Notes: generated by a model not told the origin, from the sequence alone. 64,000 nucleotides of DNA from an uncultured virus (IMG/VR IMGVR_UViG_3300012346_000469) (IMGVR_UViG_3300012346_000469); one strand, 5' to 3'; counted from the stretch's first letter, positions 1 through 8,262 are shown. Translations and numbers: made by a program.

Positions 1-151
1 TTTCTCCAGTTGTTTGCACAGGCTCCTGCACAGGTGCTGCAAGGGCTTGCTTGATGGCGGTGAGGGCTTGCTTTCTTTTCATACCACGCAAATCAACATT
101 AGATTCTTCCAACGCCTCCAGCGACAGCTTCAATGCTTCGTCTTTGGTCAT
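1..151 (-). CDS. hypothetical phage protein, runs off the window edge (MTKDEALKLSLEALEE...)
   Basis: ATG at 151 overlaps the stop of the upstream gene, with a GGAG SD; sequence resembles small phage early proteins. Confidence 0.6.
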   Translation of the reverse strand, partial: MTKDEALKLSLEALEESNVDLRGMKRKQALTAIKQALAAPVQEPVQTTGE

Positions 152-495
152 GTGGTCTCCCTTGCTCGGATGGCGGTGGCGCAATTTTGTGCTCCAGCGG
201 CCATACTCATGTGTGTATGTTTACCAAAGTCTGTAACAAATGGCCCTTCGGCAACACCACCAAAATTGTTTGACTCTTGCTCGCACACCTTTGCACACGC
301 CTCACGCTCGTCAGCAGCGACAAGGGCGGCAAAGCGTTCCATGTCTTTCAAGTTGCAGGTAAAGTCCGCGCTCATGTCGTGTGGGTCAAACCCAGCCTCA
401 CGCGCCATGCGGATGATGTCTTCTCGGTTCACAATCGCGCCCCATGTTTTATTTGCCCAGTCCTTTAACTCTTGGTGTGTCAATGGCTTGCTCAT
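148..495 (-). CDS. hypothetical phage protein (ERFAALV..EREACAK..AIRAR family)
   Basis: internal ATG at 495 with GAGG SD; paralogous to 4976..5242. Confidence 0.7.
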   Translation of the reverse strand: MSKPLTHQELKDWANKTWGAIVNREDIIRMAREAGFDPHDMSADFTCNLKDMERFAALVAADEREACAKVCEQESNNFGGVAEGPFVTDFGKHTHMSMAAGAQNCATAIRARETT

Positions 496-647
496 GCTGT
501 CACCTCGCGCATCTCCCAACCCAGTTGGAAATAGGCCCATCGAATTTGCAGGCTCGGCACAAGGTACTTGCCGGTGCTGCTGGTGGTGAAGTCGGTGTGG
601 CCCTTCACCCGCATGGTGGCCTCGAATACTCGTTGGCAGTGTGTCAT
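492..647 (-). CDS. hypothetical protein, 51 aa
   Basis: AGGAG SD before ATG 647; similar to 1512..1667. Confidence 0.65.
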   Translation of the reverse strand: MTHCQRVFEATMRVKGHTDFTTSSTGKYLVPSLQIRWAYFQLGWEMREVTA

Positions 648-672
648 TTCAATCTCCTGTAATTGAGCCTCA

Positions 673-701
673 AATTTACCACAACTTATAACTGGTAGCA
701 A
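673..701 (-). promoter_or_regulatory. sigma70-like leftward promoter
   Basis: TTGCTA-17 bp-TAAATT with extended -10 TG. Confidence 0.55.
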
Positions 702-718
702 TAGGTAAAATATACCTG

Positions 719-746
719 TTGCATCATCTGCAGTTTGCTATACAAT
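719..746 (+). promoter_or_regulatory. sigma70-like rightward promoter, probably giving a leaderless mRNA
   Basis: TTGCAT-16 bp-TACAAT; ATG 754 lies 7 nt after the -10 with no SD. Confidence 0.6.
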
Positions 747-753
747 TCTGCAC

Positions 754-1212
754 ATGACACGAAAACGCACACGCCGCAAAATTTACGACTTGGTCTGCCC
801 GATCACTCATGCGATCACTGGGGCCAGCATCACAGACGAAGCCAGCTTGAACTTTTTGCGAAAGAAGGAAAACGGGAGCTACGAAGCATTCCGCACCGGC
901 ATCGCAACGAAGCAGGACTGGAACAACATCAACGCCGTGGCCCAGCTTGCCGAGTCCATGTCAGAAGCCAACATTGGCCCAGAGGTCATGGTTCATGTCC
1001 GCATCGCAGAGATGCATTTGCTGGACTGCCGCGACCGCCACGAAAGGACGGGAAAGATGGGCGCAACAGGCTTGGCTCTGCAATCGTTCAAAGACCTTAT
1101 CGAGTGGCACGAGTTGCAGCGCACATCAGTTGCTCGCAGCGTGTACGAACAGCACATCAAACGGGTGACTGACTTGATCAGAGCCAAGTCACCCAAGATC
1201 AGATTTTTATAG
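754..1212 (+). CDS. hypothetical phage protein
   Basis: 152-aa ORF directly after the promoter, phage-like codon usage. Confidence 0.75.
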   Translation: MTRKRTRRKIYDLVCPITHAITGASITDEASLNFLRKKENGSYEAFRTGIATKQDWNNINAVAQLAESMSEANIGPEVMVHVRIAEMHLLDCRDRHERTGKMGATGLALQSFKDLIEWHELQRTSVARSVYEQHIKRVTDLIRAKSPKIRFL

Positions 1213-1221
1213 GAGAAGCGC

Positions 1222-1428
1222 ATGCACGGAGATGGCGGGAAAGGTTCAGGTCGCAGGCCCATGGCGATCGATGACCAAAAATTTCAACAACAGTGGGACT
1301 CAATCTTTGGAAAGAAAAAACATGGAACTGTATTGGCCGGGGACGAAGATCATAAAGTCCAACAACAACGTCTTCACGAGCTGGAAGATGGGTCGGGAAA
1401 GCATGATGGCAAACGACCTGTCGCATAA
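1222..1428 (+). CDS. small hypothetical protein (GGKGS..RP..WDSIFGKK family)
   Basis: AGGAG SD; N-terminal motif common in small phage ORFs. Confidence 0.55.
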   Translation: MHGDGGKGSGRRPMAIDDQKFQQQWDSIFGKKKHGTVLAGDEDHKVQQQRLHELEDGSGKHDGKRPVA

Positions 1429-1510
1429 GAAGTCGGCGTCAGCAAGAGCTGGGCGCAATCCGACTGAGAAGCTGCCAGTGACCCTTCACATCACCAAAAA
1501 GAAAGCATGA
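1322..1510 (+). CDS. hypothetical protein (MELYWPGTKIIKS...)
   Basis: internal ATG of ORF 1232..1510; overlaps the previous ORF. Confidence 0.5.
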   Translation: MELYWPGTKIIKSNNNVFTSWKMGRESMMANDLSHKKSASARAGRNPTEKLPVTLHITKKKA

Positions 1511-1511
1511 C

Positions 1512-1667
1512 ATGGACGAAGCAAAAGCAAGTTTCGAGGCCATCTTGGCCGCAAAGGGTAAGGCCGTCCCACCCTGGGATGGCCTGAAATTCGACAACCA
1601 AAACATCCAGACCTACTGGCGCTGGTTCCTCATGGGCTGGACTATGAAAGCGACGAAAAACAAATGA
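1512..1667 (+). CDS. hypothetical protein, 51 aa (MDEAKASFEAILAAKG...WRWFLMGW)
   Basis: read by hand; ATGA overlap with the next gene. Confidence 0.65.
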   Translation: MDEAKASFEAILAAKGKAVPPWDGLKFDNQNIQTYWRWFLMGWTMKATKNK

Positions 1668-2500
1668 ACAAAATCCTCAACATCGATGCACTGACCCTTG
1701 ACCAGCGACTTCAATCGCGAGTTGAGATTTCCGAAGATGCAGTTGCAGACTACGCAGACGCCATCTCCAAGGGTGATGTGTTTCCACCAGTCGCCGTGTT
1801 CTTTGATGGGCTCGATTACTTCTTGGCAGACGGCTACCACCGCTATCACGCACACAAGCGCGCAGGCAAGGTAAGCATTGAGTGCTCCATCGTCAACGGC
1901 ATGTTCCGTGATGCAGTTTTCTATGCCACATCGGTCAACGGCAAACACGGCATGCGTCGATCCCACGCAGACAAGCGCAAAGCAGTCATGACCCTGGTTG
2001 AGGACTTCGAGTGGGATCAAGGCATGAGCAACGGCGAAATAGCCAAGCACTGCCATGTGTCCGTGTCGTTTGTGTCGAACCTTCGCGCCGCAACGGGCAC
2101 GCAGAACACAGACACCGTGAAGTACCGCGCCCCGTCTGGCGAGATCATGGAAAAGAAGAAGGCCCCAGGCCGCAAAGCCGAGCCCAAAGAGCCCGAGTTG
2201 AAAGGCCCAGAGATCAAGCCCGAAGAGCCCGACAACAGCGAGCAGCAAGAGGCCATCGACATGATGCTTGCCGAGAACGAAGAGCTCAAAGTCCGACTGG
2301 CCGTGGCCGCAATGGAAGGCACAGAAGAAGAGAAGGCCATGGCCGCTCAGACCATCAGCGAACTGCGCGAAGAGGTGCGGATGCTGAAGATCGAAAACAC
2401 GTCACTGAAGATCAGCCGTGACAGCTTTCAGTCAGAGAATGCGCAGCTCAAAAAGCAAGTGCAGATGCTGACGCGAAAGCTCAAGCAGCAGGAATCTTGA
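1664..2500 (+). CDS. ParB/sulfiredoxin-like N-terminal domain protein with HTH and coiled coil
   Basis: FPPVAV...LADGYHRYHA ParB-type motif; SNGEIAKHCHVSVSFV HTH; heptad-rich C-terminus. Confidence 0.8.
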   Translation: MNKILNIDALTLDQRLQSRVEISEDAVADYADAISKGDVFPPVAVFFDGLDYFLADGYHRYHAHKRAGKVSIECSIVNGMFRDAVFYATSVNGKHGMRRSHADKRKAVMTLVEDFEWDQGMSNGEIAKHCHVSVSFVSNLRAATGTQNTDTVKYRAPSGEIMEKKKAPGRKAEPKEPELKGPEIKPEEPDNSEQQEAIDMMLAENEELKVRLAVAAMEGTEEEKAMAAQTISELREEVRMLKIENTSLKISRDSFQSENAQLKKQVQMLTRKLKQQES

Positions 2501-2592
2501 TCAACCGCCCAAGCCAGCGGGCATGTGTGCTGGCAGTTGTAAGGATGGCGTCAGCATTGACCTCTATGCTTTCGTCAACCTGAAAGGACTTT

Positions 2593-2790
2593 ATGAGGAA
2601 CGATGGACTCCGGCAATTTGCCATGCTTCAGTTGGAGCGCATGGCCTCATCCATTCGAGCAGATGACCCAATCCAAGACCGCATCTGGGCGGCGCTCTAT
2701 TGTGTTCAAGCTATGGACGAAGGGCCGATGCCAGATGATTTTTCCGATGTCATTCACATCGCGAACAAGATGGACTCGGAGGAATCATGA
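2593..2790 (+). CDS. hypothetical protein
   Basis: AAGGA SD; ATGA overlap with the HNH gene. Confidence 0.55.
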   Translation: MRNDGLRQFAMLQLERMASSIRADDPIQDRIWAALYCVQAMDEGPMPDDFSDVIHIANKMDSEES

Positions 2791-3272
2791 AACCAGCAAT
2801 CGAAAGGGTTCTTGATAAGGTTGTCCGCATCCCATTTTCTGGGTGCTGGATTTTTACAGGCGCATCCAACGAGTTTGGATATGGCATCGTTGGCGCGGGC
2901 GGTAGAGGCATGCCAAATGACAGGGCGCACCGCATAACCTACAGGCACTTCCATGGAGAAATCCCAAGCGGCATGTTTGTTTGCCATGAGTGCGATGTGC
3001 CGTCTTGTTGCAATCCAAGCCACCTCTTCCTTGGAACAAATCAAGACAACGTGGATGACATGGTGAAGAAGGGGCGCAACAGCAAGCCACCACGCAACCC
3101 TCACGTGATTGGCTCTGCGCATCCCGGATCAAAGTTTACAGAGGCTGAGGTTCTCCACATAAGGGAGCAAAACAAAATGGGTGTGAGTATGTACAGCATG
3201 GCAAAAAAGTATGGCGTATCTCAATCAACTATGCAAAGAATCGTGCGCGGAGCGAGGTACAAAAATGTCTGA
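2787..3272 (+). CDS. HNH homing endonuclease (HNH_3/Zn type) with C-terminal HTH
   Basis: GCWIFTG...GYG...AHR...VCHECDVPSCCNPSHLFLGTNQDN motif. Confidence 0.9.
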   Translation: MKPAIERVLDKVVRIPFSGCWIFTGASNEFGYGIVGAGGRGMPNDRAHRITYRHFHGEIPSGMFVCHECDVPSCCNPSHLFLGTNQDNVDDMVKKGRNSKPPRNPHVIGSAHPGSKFTEAEVLHIREQNKMGVSMYSMAKKYGVSQSTMQRIVRGARYKNV

Positions 3273-4731
3273 TCTTGTCCTTCGTGAATATCAAAACAAT
3301 GCAATCGAGCTGTTGCGCCAAGGCTTTGCAAGTGGTCACAGAGCCCAGCTCTTATATCTTGGCACGGGCGGAGGCAAAACCGAGATTGCGATTGCCATGC
3401 TTGAGGCCGCAAAGAAGAAAGGCAGCCGAGCAGCAATGATTCTTGATCGCGTCATTCTTTGCGACCAGACCAGTCAACGTCTTGAAAAATACAAGATTGA
3501 TCATGGCGTGCTGCAGTCAGGCCACTGGCGGTATCGGCCATATGAGCACATCCAAGTTTGCTCTGCTCAAACACTTGAAAAAAGGGGCTCTTTCCCAGGC
3601 TTAAACCTGCTTGTCGTTGATGAATGCCATGCAAAAAGAAGGCAGACGATTGAGTTCATAAAAAACAATCCACAAATCAAAGTTGTCGGGTTGAGTGCAT
3701 CGCCTTTTACAAAAGGTCTTGGTGATACGTATAGCAATGTTGTATCCCCCATTACAACTCGCGAGCTTGTCGATCAGGGTGCGCTTGTTCCTTTGCGCGT
3801 GTTCATTGCAAAAGAAATTGACATGACCGGCGCAAAAAAAGTTGCCGGCGAGTGGTCGGAAAAAGAGGCAACAAAACGCGGCATGCAAATTACCGGCGAC
3901 ATCGTCACCGAGTGGATCAAAAAGACGCACGAGATATTTGGCAAGCCAGAAAAGACTGTTGTGTTTTGTTCCGGCGTAGAACACGGAGCTGATCTTGCAA
4001 AGCAATTTTCGGAAAACGGCTACAACTTCATCAGCATCTCCTATAAAGATGACGAGCAATTTAAACGTGATGTCATTGAAGATTTTGCAAAACCCGATAC
4101 GGACATCGTTGGGCTTATTGCATGTGATGTTTTGACCAAGGGTTTTGACAACCCCGGAGTGAAGATTGGTGTAAGCGCCAGACCTTTTAGCAAGTCATTC
4201 TCTTCCCATGTGCAGCAAATGGGTCGAGTGATGAGGGCGGCGCCAGACAAAAAATTCGGCGTCTGGCTTGATCACGCAGGCAATTACATTCGTTTCAGAG
4301 AGGATTGGGAAAAAGTTTTTTATGAAGGCGTCACCAAATTGGATGATGAGCGGGAAAAGCCAAAGAAGGAAAAGACCGAAGTGGAAAAGGAAGCGGCCAA
4401 GTGCCCAGCTTGCGGTGGTCTGTGGCCTTCAGGCAGCGACACCTGCTCACACTGCGGGTACGTGCGCGCAAAGAAGAGCATGGTCGAGTCAGTGCCTGGC
4501 GAGATGGAGGAGCTGACCCAGCAAAGCCGCGAAGCAAAGCAGGCCTTCTGGTCGATGTGCCAGTACAAAGTGCAACATCACGGATGGCAGCCAGGCCGAG
4601 CGGCGCACACGTACAAGGACAAGTTCGGCGTGTGGCCCAAGGGGCTGTTGGATACGGCCGCACCACCGGATTGGACGTTTGAAAAGTTTGTGAAGGCGAA
4701 GCTGATTCGCTACCTGAAAGGCAAGAAATGA
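3265..4731 (+). CDS. superfamily 2 (DExH) helicase with C-terminal Zn ribbon
   Basis: LREYQ, TGGGKT, VVDECH, LSASP, QQMGRVMR motifs; CPAC..CSHC. Confidence 0.92.
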   Translation: MSDLVLREYQNNAIELLRQGFASGHRAQLLYLGTGGGKTEIAIAMLEAAKKKGSRAAMILDRVILCDQTSQRLEKYKIDHGVLQSGHWRYRPYEHIQVCSAQTLEKRGSFPGLNLLVVDECHAKRRQTIEFIKNNPQIKVVGLSASPFTKGLGDTYSNVVSPITTRELVDQGALVPLRVFIAKEIDMTGAKKVAGEWSEKEATKRGMQITGDIVTEWIKKTHEIFGKPEKTVVFCSGVEHGADLAKQFSENGYNFISISYKDDEQFKRDVIEDFAKPDTDIVGLIACDVLTKGFDNPGVKIGVSARPFSKSFSSHVQQMGRVMRAAPDKKFGVWLDHAGNYIRFREDWEKVFYEGVTKLDDEREKPKKEKTEVEKEAAKCPACGGLWPSGSDTCSHCGYVRAKKSMVESVPGEMEELTQQSREAKQAFWSMCQYKVQHHGWQPGRAAHTYKDKFGVWPKGLLDTAAPPDWTFEKFVKAKLIRYLKGKK

Positions 4732-4979
4732 CGCGAGCAACAGGAATAGAGGCCAAGGTCTGCGAAGACATTGCCAAGCGCCAAGAGTTGGGAATGAACA
4801 AGTACGGCGTGAGTGTGGCCGACAACCAGCTCACTCTGCGCGAGTGGTTGCAACACCAGTACGAAGAGCTGCTTGATGCTGCGGTGTATTGCCGCCGTGC
4901 CATCGAAGAGATCGACAAAGAGAAGAGCCGCTGCTCAGGCTGCGACTTGGTTTACTGTGAATGTGGGGAGCTGGAATGA
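4728..4979 (+). CDS. small all-alpha protein, possible MazG-like NTP pyrophosphohydrolase fold
   Basis: G..KYG...WLQH.YEELLDAAVY motif. Confidence 0.6.
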   Translation: MTRATGIEAKVCEDIAKRQELGMNKYGVSVADNQLTLREWLQHQYEELLDAAVYCRRAIEEIDKEKSRCSGCDLVYCECGELE

Positions 4980-5242
4980 CCAAAGAAGACATTTTTGAAA
5001 TGGCGAAAGAAGCTGGGTTCATGCAGCACCTTGGAGTCATCTGCATACCAAACCACTTGGCCCTTGAACGCTTTGCCGAGCTTGTCCGTGCTTACGAGCG
5101 TGACAAATGGATGGAGCGCACCGCAATCCTTATCAGGGGCGAGCGTGAGGCGTGTGCAAAATTGTGTGAGGACGGTGAGTTCATGACCTTTGGGTGCGCT
5201 GCCGCCGCCATCCGCGCAAGGGGTAGCGATGGAATTTCTTGA
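4976..5242 (+). CDS. hypothetical phage protein (EREACAK family)
   Basis: ATGA overlap; paralogous to 148..495. Confidence 0.7.
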   Translation: MTKEDIFEMAKEAGFMQHLGVICIPNHLALERFAELVRAYERDKWMERTAILIRGEREACAKLCEDGEFMTFGCAAAAIRARGSDGIS

Positions 5243-6077
5243 TTTCTGCAAGGCTCACGGCATCCTGATCGACAACCTGCCACCAGTTGGCCGCTGGCGC
5301 AGGTATCCCACGGATGATCACCCAGCAAAACGCAACGGTGCGATCAAGTTCATGATCGACCATGCGTTCGTCCAGAACCACGCCACCATGACAGAGATTG
5401 CCGTGTGGAAGGCCGAGGGCGACACCAAGGTGGATCACGACCGCATTAGGCGCATCGCCAAGCAGGCGGACGACGACATCAAGCGCAAGCAAGCCGAGTC
5501 AGCCAAACGTGCTGCAGGCATCTTGCGCGAGTGCCAGATCGCATACCACCCCTATCTCGCAAGCAAGGGCTTCAAGGACGAGCAGACCAACGTGTGGAAG
5601 ACAGACGATGGCCTGGTCATGGTGGTGCCCATGCGTGTTGGCCATCACCTGGTCGGGTGCCAATTGATCAACGAGGAAGGCGGGAAGAAGTTTCTGTTCG
5701 GCCAGCGCACCAGCAATGCTGAGTTCGTGTTCGACAACAAGGGCCCACACATCTTGTGCGAAGGGTATGCCACCGGCCTCTCAATCAGGGCTGTGATGAA
5801 GGCTCTGAAGCGGCGCTACACACTACACATCTGCTTTAGCGCTGGCAACATGATCAAGGTAGCGTCAACTTTGCCAAAGGGGTTTGTTGTTGCAGATCAC
5901 GACAAGATCAACCAGCAGACCGGAACAAGGGCTGGGCATGAAGCGGCCAAAAAAATAGGGTGGCAGTATTTCATGCCACCCAGCGAGGGTCAGGACTTCA
6001 ACGACTTTCACTTCAGTGTCGGCCTGTTCAAAGCAAGTCAAGCGCTGGTCAAGACCCTGCCACCGCTTGAATACTGA
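5229..6077 (+). CDS. TOPRIM-domain primase-like protein
   Basis: HPYL..KG, CEGYATGLS and VADHD motifs; follows the helicase. Confidence 0.85.
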   Translation: MEFLDFCKAHGILIDNLPPVGRWRRYPTDDHPAKRNGAIKFMIDHAFVQNHATMTEIAVWKAEGDTKVDHDRIRRIAKQADDDIKRKQAESAKRAAGILRECQIAYHPYLASKGFKDEQTNVWKTDDGLVMVVPMRVGHHLVGCQLINEEGGKKFLFGQRTSNAEFVFDNKGPHILCEGYATGLSIRAVMKALKRRYTLHICFSAGNMIKVASTLPKGFVVADHDKINQQTGTRAGHEAAKKIGWQYFMPPSEGQDFNDFHFSVGLFKASQALVKTLPPLEY

Positions 6078-6213
6078 TGATCACGGTGGGCTTGGACGGC
6101 TCATCGTGCATCAAAGATGCTGTCTCAATTATTTGACGCGCATCTGTCTCGCAATCAGCCGCGAACAGCATCTCGAAGGTGATGCCGTTCTTGGCCAGTT
6201 TGACTTTGAACAT
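6049..6213 (-). CDS. hypothetical protein, 54 aa (MFKVKLAKNG...)
   Basis: read by hand; coupled to the upstream stop codon. Confidence 0.5.
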   Translation of the reverse strand: MFKVKLAKNGITFEMLFAADCETDARQIIETASLMHDEPSKPTVIISIQAVAGS

Positions 6214-6395
6214 CATGCCATCACCCTCTCAATCAAGACCTCGGCGGCCAGTTTGCACTGGGCCACCAAAGTCACGGATGCATCTCTCTCGAGACTACGG
6301 ACGAGCCGCATGGCCTGACTGATGCCAGCCTGGCTTGCGGCCTTGGTGCTGGCGATGTAGGCCAGCGTCAGAGGATGGTCGTGCTGCGGCATCAT
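6213..6395 (-). CDS. hypothetical protein
   Basis: 60-aa ORF in a tightly coupled leftward operon. Confidence 0.55.
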   Translation of the reverse strand: MMPQHDHPLTLAYIASTKAASQAGISQAMRLVRSLERDASVTLVAQCKLAAEVLIERVMA

Positions 6396-6565
6396 TGGTC
6401 TTCGTTCTCGCTCTTGAGAAATTCAATCATGCTGTTGCCCCGTTCAATGCAAACGTCCTCAACGTAGCCGGAGTCAACATCACCAAGCTCTTCTGGCGTC
6501 CAAACGATCACACAGTAGCCTTCGTCGCGCATAGCGTTCAATGCGTCTTGCCATTCTTTTTTCAT
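6392..6565 (-). CDS. hypothetical protein, 57 aa (MKKEWQDALNAMRDEGY...)
   Basis: AAGGAG SD; read by hand. Confidence 0.65.
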   Translation of the reverse strand: MKKEWQDALNAMRDEGYCVIVWTPEELGDVDSGYVEDVCIERGNSMIEFLKSENEDQ

Positions 6566-6811
6566 GTCATTCTCCTTGGATAAGTAAGTCGGGAACTACG
6601 TGATACTCGCCGCACTCGGGGCACAGCAAGCGGGTGGTGTCTTCGCCATCAACAATTTCAGTTTGCGATGCTGGCTCGTCCTTTGTCCATTCGCCATTGA
6701 TCATTTGAAGGGGCGTGTACTCGGTTTGGTCAACGCACAACAAAAGGCTTGCATTGCCGCACACAGCGCAGCATCCATTCACGGTTTCTTTTTTCATGTC
6801 ATTCTCCTTGG
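6554..6811. repeat. 26-bp direct repeat TTCTTTTTTCATGTCATTCTCCTTGG (6554-6579, 6786-6811)
   Basis: exact match; on the minus strand it contains SD, stop and start (MKKE). Confidence 0.9.
6567..6797 (-). CDS. Zn-ribbon hypothetical protein
   Basis: CAVC...CPEC; AAGGAG SD. Confidence 0.7.
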   Translation of the reverse strand: MKKETVNGCCAVCGNASLLLCVDQTEYTPLQMINGEWTKDEPASQTEIVDGEDTTRLLCPECGEYHVVPDLLIQGE

Positions 6812-7014
6812 GTTGGGTTCAAAAGTTTTTCACGCATGGCGTTCATCTGCTCCAGCACTGACTGGCGGGTGCCTTTCAAGCCGTACATCTGTCTCGCAAT
6901 CACGTATGCGGATGGGCTGCGCGATCGGCCCATACCCCTGATTTCAAGGGCCAGCATGGATCGCACCGCGAGAAATTGCGCGGCATCGATTTGGTTTCCG
7001 GTGAGTGTGGTCAT
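6799..7014 (-). CDS. hypothetical phage protein
   Basis: AGGAG SD; L.LEI.GM.RSR..SAY motif. Confidence 0.7.
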   Translation of the reverse strand: MTTLTGNQIDAAQFLAVRSMLALEIRGMGRSRSPSAYVIARQMYGLKGTRQSVLEQMNAMREKLLNPTQGE

Positions 7015-7173
7015 GGTTTTCTCCTAAAGTTTTGGCACATCTGTCTCGCAATCATCACCAAGGCGCTGGCGGCGCTGGCGGGTGCGCTGGCTGCTGGCGC
7101 TGGTGGTCGCGGATTTGCTGGCGCGTCCAGGGGGTCGGGCCAGTGGCTGGCGGGAATGGCCAGGGCTGCGGGG

Positions 7174-7335
7174 TCACTGCCTGGCCTCCTGTCGGCCTCG
7201 CTCGATTAAGGCGCGCGCTTCGGCTCGGTCGTCGATGCGTTCGGCCTCGATCATGCGGCGCAAAGTCTCGGCGGGGGTCTGGCCTCGCTCGTATCTGTAC
7301 CCGGCTTGAATGTATGCGGCTTCGGTGTGGGTCAT
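7174..7335 (-). CDS. hypothetical protein (MTHTEAAYIQAGYRYE...)
   Basis: AGGAG SD before the internal ATG. Confidence 0.65.
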   Translation of the reverse strand: MTHTEAAYIQAGYRYERGQTPAETLRRMIEAERIDDRAEARALIERGRQEARQ

Positions 7336-7514
7336 GCTGGCTGCTCCTGTTGGGTTAATCGGTCGGCCTCGGCTTCTAGGTCGGCGGCTTCTTCGTCGTG
7401 CTGGCGCATTGCTGCGGCGCTGTGGCGCAAATAATTCTGGCCTTCGGTGCGGTGCCATCTTGCGCGGCTTCTGAGCGCTGCGGCGCGTGTGGCGGGGCTT
7501 GGCTGGGTGTTCAT
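7332..7514 (-). CDS. hypothetical protein
   Basis: AGGAG SD; ATGA overlap. Confidence 0.55.
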   Translation of the reverse strand: MNTQPSPATRAAALRSRARWHRTEGQNYLRHSAAAMRQHDEEAADLEAEADRLTQQEQPA

Positions 7515-7584
7515 GCTTTGAGCTCCTGTTGTCGGGACAATTCCCGCTCATGCCATCGGTGTCCAATGGCATGGGCTGGCGCTG

Positions 7585-8262
7585 TCATGCTGCGGCGATT
7601 GGGATCACGCGGCGTGCCTTGTGGTCGGCTTGCTTGGCCTTGGTGCCGTGGGCTCGAAATCCGATAATTTGCCGGCGGTTGGCCTGTTGGCAAAGTCCGC
7701 ATAATGCGCACGTCATGTGCTCCACGGTCTGAGCGGGGCAAACTAGAACGGGGCGGCCTTCGGGCGTTGTGCTGTGGCGCGGCGTGTCCATTGGCACAAT
7801 GCAAACCACGGGGGCCCCAGTCGCGGCGAGTCGGTCGGCCTCTCCTGCATCGTCGGCGCTTAGGTTCACCGTAAAACCCCATTGTGTCGCGGCCTTGGCC
7901 CAATAGATCGCCTCGGGGCTCTTCTTGTGGGTGTACGTGAAACCCTTGCGGCCTCGGTTGGCTTTCACAATCTGGCCCAACTGGTAAGCGTCCACGTCTT
8001 CGCCTTGGCCTGGTAGATCGCCTGCGACATTGTGTCGCCATAATTGACCTTTCGGCATTCTGTTGAGGGCTTTTATCAGTCCGTCCAGGTCGGTGCCTCG
8101 CTCGTCCACCCTGTTCCAGTTCATGCGGGTGCAAAAATCCTCGGCGTAGCAGCTCGTTCTATAGTGTGTGCAGCTCGGGGGGCAACTGTCGCGGCTCGTG
8201 TAGGTCTGGGGAATCGGGCCGGTTTTGCGGTTGTTGCTGGCTTGGATGAAATGGTATTTCAT
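7585..8262 (-). CDS. Cys-rich gp88-like / radical-SAM-like putative Fe-S protein
   Basis: N.KTG, CPPSC..CYA, RHNVAGD, YTH, CPAQ..TC..CGLC motifs. Confidence 0.7.
   Translation of the reverse strand: MKYHFIQASNNRKTGPIPQTYTSRDSCPPSCTHYRTSCYAEDFCTRMNWNRVDERGTDLDGLIKALNRMPKGQLWRHNVAGDLPGQGEDVDAYQLGQIVKANRGRKGFTYTHKKSPEAIYWAKAATQWGFTVNLSADDAGEADRLAATGAPVVCIVPMDTPRHSTTPEGRPVLVCPAQTVEHMTCALCGLCQQANRRQIIGFRAHGTKAKQADHKARRVIPIAAA

Larger units (their letters stand above)
6141..7054. repeat. three exact copies of CATCTGTCTCGCAATCA (6141-6157, 6886-6902, 7038-7054)
   Basis: direct inspection of the sequence. Confidence 0.9.

Noticed and set aside
6141..7054. CRISPR array or mini-array from the 17-mer or 26-mer repeats
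   Set aside because: Spacing is irregular (745 and 152 bp), the repeats lie inside genes, and there are no cas genes; the Cas4-like nuclease is the usual phage recombination exonuclease
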